Below the pieces are notes generated by a model, which saw only the letters and a list, made by a program, of their open reading frames with translations, did not search any database and was not told the origin of the DNA. DNA of 64,000 nucleotides from an uncultured Candidatus Saccharibacteria bacterium (lineage in GTDB: Bacteria; Patescibacteriota; Minisyncoccia; Phycocordibacterales; UBA9973), in the NCBI GenBank assembly GCA_964639185.1, contig CAZXCN010000004.1, positions 174-64,173 of the forward strand, given 5' to 3'. Positions 31,255 through 38,287 of the stretch are shown piece after piece. Both the position numbers and the translations under genes were made by a program. Within the stretch, counting starts at the first letter, position 1. The number at the start of each line of letters is the position of its first letter.

Positions 31255-31845
31255 TTACAGCTGACTTTCGCGCAAAGCCTTATTTATAGCTAATATTATT
31301 GGCTTCTTATTATCAAGAACTTTCATAACATCTTCTGGGACAGAGCTCTCTCCCAAACAATGATCGATATCGGCACTATCTCCTATATAACCCAGCTGGT
31401 GCAATATACGCAACACTAATTGTAATTCCAGAGCATCACACATTTGTGAATCTGTATTTTCAGTATCGAGTGTAGTAAAAGCCTGCACAACATCGTAGAA
31501 TATCTCCCTATTACCCTCTTCACCAGCGCAGAGCCTCTCTAACAATTTACAAACACGCATCATAAGTGCAATGGACTTTATATCCTTGCGCGCGTATGGA
31601 AAAGAGTTCTCGTGCGTGGCTGATGTCACTCTCCAAATATCACGTCCACGCACCAAGTCTAAACTGACATATGACAATTCCTGCATTGAGTAACGAAGTT
31701 TGGATTTATGAAGTCGTATCCCCTGTGCCATGGCATAGACTAACCCATGGTCGAGTGTATAGATAATAAATAATTTATTCGCCTCGCCCCTGTTGCGCGA
31801 GCCGATAACTATCCCCTCTGTGTGATGTATATGATGTTGCGCCAT
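31255..31845 (-). CDS. recO: DNA repair protein RecO
   Basis: TEGIVI..RNRGEANK..YT.DHG...A.GIR..KSKL N-terminal OB pattern. Confidence 0.88.
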   Translation of the reverse strand: MAQHHIHHTEGIVIGSRNRGEANKLFIIYTLDHGLVYAMAQGIRLHKSKLRYSMQELSYVSLDLVRGRDIWRVTSATHENSFPYARKDIKSIALMMRVCKLLERLCAGEEGNREIFYDVVQAFTTLDTENTDSQMCDALELQLVLRILHQLGYIGDSADIDHCLGESSVPEDVMKVLDNKKPIILAINKALRESQL

Positions 31846-31846
31846 T

Positions 31847-32491
31847 TTATATTAATGTTTTTATTTTATCAGAAAGAGCATTACCTAAAGATAAATTATT
31901 ACTTTCATCTAGGTGAATTCCCTCATCGTCTGCTGTTATACAAAACTCATTAGAATCAAAGAATATTACATTTTCATTTTCACAAAAATCTTTATATATT
32001 TCTCTTATTTTTATTATTTTTTGTTGAGACTGAATATCAAATATATTATTCATAACCTCATCTTTTAGAACCTGATCTGCACGAATTTCTGGTGGGGCGA
32101 TAATGCCTATTTTAGGTATTTGATCTATAGAGAGGTTTTTACACCATTCGATAATTTCATTTTTATAATTTAATAAACTTTGATATATTTCTTTTTCAGT
32201 TTTTAAATCTTTCTTATTACAATCATTGGTGCCTAAAAATATCCATACTAAGTCTAAAGGTAAATGACTACCAATAATAGGACCAAATTGATTCAACCCA
32301 TTTCTGTTTGGAAAAAATTTATTTTCTCCCGAAAGGGTTCTGGCTCTCAATCCTTCATCAATTATTTTGTAGTCTTTTCCTAAGTCTTTTTCAATAACAC
32401 CAATAAAGTTTAATGAGCGATTATACCTTTTTGTAAATTTAGGTATTTTACCATATACAAGAGAGTCACCATAAAATAATACTGTTTTCAT
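31847..32491 (-). CDS. SGNH/GDSL hydrolase
   Basis: YGDSLVYG, LGTND and DEGIHL blocks. Confidence 0.9.
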   Translation of the reverse strand: MKTVLFYGDSLVYGKIPKFTKRYNRSLNFIGVIEKDLGKDYKIIDEGLRARTLSGENKFFPNRNGLNQFGPIIGSHLPLDLVWIFLGTNDCNKKDLKTEKEIYQSLLNYKNEIIEWCKNLSIDQIPKIGIIAPPEIRADQVLKDEVMNNIFDIQSQQKIIKIREIYKDFCENENVIFFDSNEFCITADDEGIHLDESNNLSLGNALSDKIKTLI

Positions 32492-32563
32492 ACTTCAATT
32501 ATATCACAACTATCAAAACCCTTATTTGACAAGGGTTAGTGGGATTGCTATATTGAATGGGTA

Positions 32564-32641
32564 ATGAAAATTTACGCAAAACAGATCAATAGTTCTCCGG
32601 TACCGCAAGCTGACAATTTGATGGCTGGTTTTTGCGTTTAA
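32564..32641 (+). CDS. Near-leaderless leader peptide MKIYAKQINSSPVPQADNLMAGFCV (25 aa)
   Basis: TTGACA(32526)-17-TATATT(32549), then ATG at 32564; contains attenuator segments 1 and 2. Confidence 0.6.
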   Translation: MKIYAKQINSSPVPQADNLMAGFCV

Positions 32642-32706
32642 ATATACTCTCTATAATTTAACTTAAATATAAACACCAGCCCTCAAATGGCTGGTGTTTA
32701 TATTTA
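32574..32706 (+). promoter_or_regulatory. Transcription attenuator upstream of a 79-aa membrane protein
   Basis: 1:2 = ACGCAAAA/TTTTGCGT; segment 2 ATGGCTGGTTTTT mimics the terminator 3' arm; terminator TAAATATAAACACCAGCC-7-GGCTGGTGTTTATATTTA. Confidence 0.65.
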
Positions 32707-32748
32707 CAAAAAAAACAATTTGCACATTCACAACTTAATTTAAAAAAC

Positions 32749-32988
32749 ATGAAAAACATCATCCAAAACATTGCGGGTTTACTTGGGCTATTTCTATTTG
32801 CCCTTCTTTTACTAATTTTATTAATCTTGTGGTATATAACTGGTATACCGAACAAGATTCTTTGCTTTTTATCTCCAAAGTATAAATTACACTATGAACA
32901 AAAATGTAAAGAGAAAGAAGAGATGGAAAGAAAAAAGTTCAATGAATCCACTATGAATCGTGGTTGGGCCTTTCAAAACCTAAGGTAA
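32749..32988 (+). CDS. Small single-TM membrane protein
   Basis: Hydrophobic N-terminus and charged C-terminus; followed by a terminator at 33007-33040. Confidence 0.6.
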   Translation: MKNIIQNIAGLLGLFLFALLLLILLILWYITGIPNKILCFLSPKYKLHYEQKCKEKEEMERKKFNESTMNRGWAFQNLR

Positions 32989-33068
32989 TTCTCATCCTAA
33001 AAATTCAAAATGCTTCCGTAATATTACGGAAGCATTTTTTTATTAATAAATTTTTATATAAAACCACT

Positions 33069-33086
33069 TAGCCACGGCCGTGGCTA
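33069..33086. repeat. GC-rich perfect palindrome (REP-like)
   Basis: TAGCCACGGCCGTGGCTA in an AT-rich intergenic region. Confidence 0.55.
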
Positions 33087-33107
33087 TTATGGTGTTTATG
33101 TTAATTT

Positions 33108-33542
33108 TTATTTTCTATTATCATATTCAATCAAAAACTCAATAGCTTTATCTAATACATCCTTGCGTGTTTCCTGACTAAACATAAATGTTTCTACAGC
33201 TTCGTTGTATGTTACCCATTTATACTCGTCAATCTCTTCCTTTTGTATAACTACTGTTTTATTTTTCGCAATACCAATAAAATATTGATTAGTCTTTAAT
33301 ACTCCATTTTTTATAAAATATTCTTCACGAATTAATGGAGTATCTAGAATTTCAATGTCTTCTATTTGTGTTTCCTCTTGTAATTCACGCATAGCGGTTT
33401 GTAGTGGTGTTTCCCCCTCTTCACAATGACCTTTTGGGAAACTCCAATTTACACCATAATCAATCTCTTTATGTCGTAAAATTAAAAATTTATTTTCATC
33501 TCCTAGTAAAACTACAACTACTCCGTATGCATTTTCTTTCAT
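33108..33542 (-). CDS. NUDIX hydrolase (Ap4A hydrolase-like)
   Basis: WSFPKGH..EGE....AMRELQEET Nudix box. Confidence 0.9.
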   Translation of the reverse strand: MKENAYGVVVVLLGDENKFLILRHKEIDYGVNWSFPKGHCEEGETPLQTAMRELQEETQIEDIEILDTPLIREEYFIKNGVLKTNQYFIGIAKNKTVVIQKEEIDEYKWVTYNEAVETFMFSQETRKDVLDKAIEFLIEYDNRK

Positions 33543-36500
33543 TTGGATATCTGAATTCTAATTTCTAATGTATCTACAACTACAGTTTCGCCATCATTAT
33601 CGGCAAAGTTTACAACACCAGCACCTACTGTCTTCTTGAATTCATTCATAAATTCTTCTACTAAATGTTGCGCATTTATAGATATGGTCACAGTCACCAC
33701 ATCAGCTGGTACAAGTCCCATGTTCTTCCTACCATCTTGGACAGCACGAACAAGCTCGCGATAGTCACCCTCGCGCTTTAGATCAGGAGTTATCTCTGTA
33801 TCCAAACCTAGCTCAGCACCGACGACTACATCTTTTACGTTCAATTCATCTTTCAATATTTCTTTGTATTCAGAAGTAATATTTGATTTTGTAACAATTA
33901 TTTTTGAAAGTGGCTGACGAACTTTGATACCAGCTTTCTGCCTCATCTGCAAACCTACTGTTACAATGTTGCGTACTTCTTGCATCTCCTCCAATACAAC
34001 CTTATCAGCTTCACCATCCACCTCAGGCCAGTCTGCTAGGTGCACACTCTCCACATCATTATTCAGCTTCAACCTCTGCCAGATATCCTCGGCTATAAAT
34101 GGTGTAAATGGCGCTATAAGCGTAACTGTGTTTTTTAGTACATAATACAGAGTAGACAGAGCTTCTGTGTCACCATCCTTCAACCTGTCACGTGATCGGC
34201 GTAGGTACCATGTAGACAAATCTTCAATAAACAATTCAAACGGTCGTGTAGATAGAACCATATCATAAGCCTCCATACCATCGGTAACTTCCACCACCAA
34301 TTCAGCAAGGCGTGACAATATCCATTTATCTAAAACATTTTCACTTACCACATTTTTATTATTCTCCAATTCTTTATTGCGATACAACTCATAAAATGTT
34401 GTAACATTTTCCAACCTGCCTACTATCTTGCTAGATATCTCTTGCACAGTCTTCTCGGTAAATGCTACATCCTCCCCCTTCATTACAGGGCAAGACATAA
34501 GGTAGAATCGCAATGCATCTACACCGTATTTATCAAAAAGTATTTGTGGGTCAGGGTAATTATTTTTTGACTTACTCATCTTGCTACCATCTTCAGCAAG
34601 TATAGTTCCTGTTGTTACAACATTTCGGAATGGTGCATGACCAAACAAAGTGCTTGATATTATATGTGTGTAGTAGAACCATGTACGAGTCTGGGCAATA
34701 TATTCAGCCACGAACCCTGCTGGGAAGTTCTCCTTCTCCCAATTTGGTCTTTCAAATGGATAATGATCTTGAGCAAAAGGCATCGAACCAGATTCGAACC
34801 AACAGTCGATAACTTCAGGAACACGAGTATACTCAGTACCCTCGTGGTCCACCAACTTTATCGCGTCGATATATGGCCTGTGTAGATCAAGCTCGTAGTG
34901 TGCATTGTGTGGTAGTGGAACAAAATCAAGGTCGATCAATGTACATGGGTTATGTGGATTATCTCTATATATATTGAATGATGTTACTTCATCGGCAGCC
35001 AGTGCCACTGCTGGCAAAACCTCAAGTCCTATACCATGTGTAACGATCAATATATTTTCGTTCTGATATTTACTTTCCAATTCGTAGATAAAATCTCCAA
35101 ACCTATTCTTTGCATTTTGATGACTCTCACCACCTTCGGGTGCCGCATGGTAGTAACTTGATTGATCATAAGCCCAATCATTGCGTACCTGCCAAGTCTG
35201 ACCATCATAAACACCTGGATTCAATTCTATAAGTCTTTCATCGTGATCGATACTGTCTTTTGCTACACCAATACTATCAACTATTATCTCAGCTGTTTGA
35301 TTTGTACGTGCGAATCGTGATGCAAAAACTTTTGTAATATTTGCATGTTTTAATTTATCGGCTACTTCTTTTGCCTGATCAATACCCTTGTCTGTAAGCG
35401 AGTCGCCTGCCTCATCCTTGTAACTAATCCTATTTTCCACATTATGTTGTGCCTCACCATGACGCACTACAAAGTACCTGTTACCACTCCTCTTTACCTT
35501 GCTCTTCAGATCATCGAGCGAATTTACTATCATCAATTTACCACTCTCGGATTTCCAGAATGGCAAGGGGCTAGCCCAGAAGCGATTGCGAGATATTGTC
35601 CAATCCGGCGCACCCTCCATGATATGCTTGAACCTACCCTCTTTCAAATGAGATGGGACCCAATTCATAACCTCGGCATTCTTCAATGCCTCGGCTTTTA
35701 CCTTCTGCACATTTATAAACCATGAAGGTAGTGCGTAGTATAGAAGTGGTGTATCACAGCGATAGCAGTGTGGGTATGAGTGCACGATCTTTTCCTTTGC
35801 AAATAATGAACCTTTGTGTGCCAAATACTTTATCACCAATACATCGGTTGATTGTGGATCCTCCTTTGGCTTGGCTTTTACATCAGGAAAATCTACTACT
35901 TCTTTAGTAAAGAATCCGTTTGGTTCAACATGACGAATAAAAGGAATATTATTCTCTTTTGCAAGATTCATATCATCCTCACCAAAAGCTGGAGCCTCGT
36001 GTGCAATACCTGTACCTGCATCATCGGTTACAAAGTCGGCATGCCATACACGCCAAATATTTTCTTTGTTTGGCATATCAACATCTTTATAATAATCAAA
36101 CACCGGTTCGTATTGCATACCTACCAATTCACTCCCCTTCACTTCCTTCAATATTTCAGGTTCTACAAATTTATCTTTCAACTTTTCAAAAAGATTCTTT
36201 GCCACTATAAGGTGGTCGTGTCCGCCACCAGCATTAGTAGTCTTCACATAAACATAATCAATATCTTTATTTACAGCTATCGCAGTGTTGCCCGGCAAAG
36301 TCCAAGGGGTTGTAGTCCAAGCAAGTAAATATGTATGTGAAGCAGAATCAGGAAAATTCTCGTCGTGTCGGAGCCCCCGGAGAGAGGGTAAAGCGACAGA
36401 ATTTTCCTGATTCTGCGAAACACGAAATTTCACATAAACAGAAATATCAGTTATGTCTTTATAACTATTATCCATAGCAATTTCTGAATTGGCTATTGGA

Positions 36501-37051
36501 GTCTCGCAACGTGGGCAGTATGCCAATACGCGCACACCCTCGTAAAGTAACTCTTTGTCATTCATCTGCCCCAGTGCCCACCATACACTCTCGATAAAGC
36601 TATTGTCCATAGTCTTATACGAGTTATCGAAGTCTACCCAGCGACCCATACGGTCCACTGTCTTCTTCCATTCACCTACATATTTCAACACAGCACTACG
36701 TGCATGCTCGGCGAATTTATCTACACCGAATTCCTCGATAGCTTTACGCCCTGATATACCTAGCTCTTTCTCGACAATATTCTCAATAGGTAGACCGTGG
36801 CAATCCCAACCCCAGCGCCTCGGTACATGGAACCCTCGCATGGTTTTATATCTTCCAATCACATCTTTTGCTGTCGATCCTAATATATGCCCATAATGTG
36901 GTAAACCTGTAGCAAATGGTGGCCCATCGTAGAAAACGTAAGTTCCCTTTGGAGCCTCCTTTGTTAGTGACTTATTGAAAGTGTCATTCTCTTTCCAGAA
37001 TCCTAAAACACTCTCTTCCCTTTTTGAATTATTACTTTTTTCGTTTTCCAT
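33539..37051 (-). CDS. ileS: Isoleucine--tRNA ligase type 2 with an inserted histidine phosphatase domain
   Basis: DGPPFATGLPHYGH, WTTTPWT, DCWFESGSMP and KMSKS; internal RHGE...VTHG domain; Ile T-box upstream. Confidence 0.96.
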   Translation of the reverse strand: MENEKSNNSKREESVLGFWKENDTFNKSLTKEAPKGTYVFYDGPPFATGLPHYGHILGSTAKDVIGRYKTMRGFHVPRRWGWDCHGLPIENIVEKELGISGRKAIEEFGVDKFAEHARSAVLKYVGEWKKTVDRMGRWVDFDNSYKTMDNSFIESVWWALGQMNDKELLYEGVRVLAYCPRCETPIANSEIAMDNSYKDITDISVYVKFRVSQNQENSVALPSLRGLRHDENFPDSASHTYLLAWTTTPWTLPGNTAIAVNKDIDYVYVKTTNAGGGHDHLIVAKNLFEKLKDKFVEPEILKEVKGSELVGMQYEPVFDYYKDVDMPNKENIWRVWHADFVTDDAGTGIAHEAPAFGEDDMNLAKENNIPFIRHVEPNGFFTKEVVDFPDVKAKPKEDPQSTDVLVIKYLAHKGSLFAKEKIVHSYPHCYRCDTPLLYYALPSWFINVQKVKAEALKNAEVMNWVPSHLKEGRFKHIMEGAPDWTISRNRFWASPLPFWKSESGKLMIVNSLDDLKSKVKRSGNRYFVVRHGEAQHNVENRISYKDEAGDSLTDKGIDQAKEVADKLKHANITKVFASRFARTNQTAEIIVDSIGVAKDSIDHDERLIELNPGVYDGQTWQVRNDWAYDQSSYYHAAPEGGESHQNAKNRFGDFIYELESKYQNENILIVTHGIGLEVLPAVALAADEVTSFNIYRDNPHNPCTLIDLDFVPLPHNAHYELDLHRPYIDAIKLVDHEGTEYTRVPEVIDCWFESGSMPFAQDHYPFERPNWEKENFPAGFVAEYIAQTRTWFYYTHIISSTLFGHAPFRNVVTTGTILAEDGSKMSKSKNNYPDPQILFDKYGVDALRFYLMSCPVMKGEDVAFTEKTVQEISSKIVGRLENVTTFYELYRNKELENNKNVVSENVLDKWILSRLAELVVEVTDGMEAYDMVLSTRPFELFIEDLSTWYLRRSRDRLKDGDTEALSTLYYVLKNTVTLIAPFTPFIAEDIWQRLKLNNDVESVHLADWPEVDGEADKVVLEEMQEVRNIVTVGLQMRQKAGIKVRQPLSKIIVTKSNITSEYKEILKDELNVKDVVVGAELGLDTEITPDLKREGDYRELVRAVQDGRKNMGLVPADVVTVTISINAQHLVEEFMNEFKKTVGAGVVNFADNDGETVVVDTLEIRIQISK
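36342..36416. mobile_element. 75-bp palindromic element inserted in-frame in ileS
   Basis: Perfect 19-bp terminal inverted repeats GCAGAATCAGGAAAATTCT / AGAATTTTCCTGATTCTGC; length is 25 codons. Confidence 0.7.
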
Positions 37052-37071
37052 AATATTTTGAAATTAAAAAT

Positions 37072-37249
37072 AAAAAAACTCGTCCACGTACAACAATATA
37101 AATTGTTATACAAGGACGAGCTTCTCGCGGTACCACCTTGTTTCCCTTTCGGGCTCTCATTTTTGTGGGTTCTACGGTCTTACGACTTTCTTCCCAAAGC
37201 CTGCCTGCCGGCAGGCAGGCTCTAGAGGTGATAGCCTCTAATGACTTAT
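37072..37249 (-). ncRNA. T-box riboswitch (Ile, AUC specifier), transcriptional type with ultrashort stem I
   Basis: T-box AAACAAGGTGGTACCGCG (37143-37126); antiterminator partner CGTCCTTG; terminator CTCGTCC..GGACGAG-T7; stem I TAGAGG-ctATCa-CCTCTA. Confidence 0.9.
37198..37221. repeat. 24-bp perfect palindrome inside the T-box
   Basis: AGCCTGCCTGCCGGCAGGCAGGCT. Confidence 0.85.
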
Positions 37250-37333
37250 ACCCAAATCATACTCTAAAACCCAAATTTTGCAAGAAAAAAGGCTTGCCAC
37301 ACGGACAAGCCTTTTATAACATTTAAATAAAAC

Positions 37334-38086
37334 TCAAACCTGATCACCAACTTTATATTTAAATATTTTACTAGCTGATCTACCTTGTAGAACAATTTCA
37401 AGAAATCGCTTACTCTTGTATCCAGAACTACCTTTTACAAAAGCTGGAGAATGGTCTTCTTTGGGAACGTCCGCCAACTTTTCATAATATTTAGGGTCAA
37501 GTAATGATCTGTTTTCCAGAACATTTACCCATTTATTAGTTGAGGTGGTCTTGCAATTTCCAAAGCAGTCTACTGACCATACAAAATTCTGATAGCCAAA
37601 ATTTTGTATTTGAATTTTGCTTGATGGGACATCTTCCTCATCTACAATCCATTTGGCTAAATAAGGCAAATATTCGTAACTCCTGAATTGTGATTCAGAA
37701 ATACGAATTGCCTCCTCTTCTGGTAAAAATTTACTACACACATTTAAAACATTTGTTTCAAATGTATACTTAAACATTCCAAGCTTTTTAGCTAAAGAAA
37801 AACAATTTGGTGTTCCAATGATCAGCAAATTTTTAAACCAGTGGAAACAGAATGGAATTCCATTTGGATATTGCTCTTTGTTACCACGAGGGGCAACATT
37901 TACAACAATAATACCCTTTGAATCCTTATGCGCATCAATAGCATCAATGAGGTTACCTGAGGCTTCTAGATCGGTGGTAACACCAACAAAAGTAGTGTTC
38001 ACATTACCAAGCAATGCTTGATAGCGGAGAATTTGCCTAGCACGAGCATTGTCGTCACAGCAGTCGGAGATGATTGTTAGTTGCAT
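37334..38086 (-). CDS. SAM hydroxide adenosyltransferase / SAM-dependent halogenase family protein (DUF62)
   Basis: LTIISD, VNVAPRG, VDCFGNCKT and GSSG...LEIVLQGRSA...KVGD match the DUF62 layout; start at ATG 38086. Confidence 0.78.
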   Translation of the reverse strand: MQLTIISDCCDDNARARQILRYQALLGNVNTTFVGVTTDLEASGNLIDAIDAHKDSKGIIVVNVAPRGNKEQYPNGIPFCFHWFKNLLIIGTPNCFSLAKKLGMFKYTFETNVLNVCSKFLPEEEAIRISESQFRSYEYLPYLAKWIVDEEDVPSSKIQIQNFGYQNFVWSVDCFGNCKTTSTNKWVNVLENRSLLDPKYYEKLADVPKEDHSPAFVKGSSGYKSKRFLEIVLQGRSASKIFKYKVGDQV

Positions 38087-38120
38087 ATTTTTATATTTAT
38101 TTGGTTTTATTTTAAAGAAC

Positions 38121-38240
38121 AAAAAAAACAGCCCATCGGGGCTGTTTTTTGTATTTCATATTTTAGAAAATTATGCAGTACAAAAAGCAACCTCGATATT
38201 TGGGCTTCGCATCATCATAGATACTGTTGCTTTTGTAAAC
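38121..38240 (-). promoter_or_regulatory. Four-segment transcription attenuator upstream of the DUF62 gene
   Basis: 1:2 TACAAAAGCAAC/GTTGCTTTTTGTA; 2:3 GAGGTTGCTTTTTGTA/TACAAAAAACAGCCCC; 3:4 ACAGCCC-cgat-GGGCTGT plus T run. Confidence 0.78.
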
Positions 38241-38248
38241 TTATTCAT
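38171..38248 (-). CDS. Leaderless Met-rich leader peptide MNKFTKATVSMMMRSPNIEVAFCTA (25 aa)
   Basis: TTGACA(38282)-16-TAGTAT(38260), 6 nt, then ATG; ATG ATG ATG at codons 11-13. Confidence 0.75.
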   Translation of the reverse strand: MNKFTKATVSMMMRSPNIEVAFCTA

Positions 38249-38287
38249 ATTTTTATACTATCAAAATGATAAATAATGTCAAATACC

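Noticed and set aside
32658-32855. Minus-strand 65-aa ORF
   Set aside because: Shadow of the plus-strand attenuator and membrane-protein gene
34786-34802. GATTCGAACC resembling a reverse tRNA T-loop
   Set aside because: Encodes the conserved WFESG of IleRS; no cloverleaf
37138-37326. 62-aa ORF containing LPAGRQ
   Set aside because: Antisense to the T-box; the peptide is simply the translated palindrome
38049-38276. Plus-strand 62-75 aa ORFs
   Set aside because: Antisense to the Met-leader attenuator, which has promoter and terminator support on the minus strand
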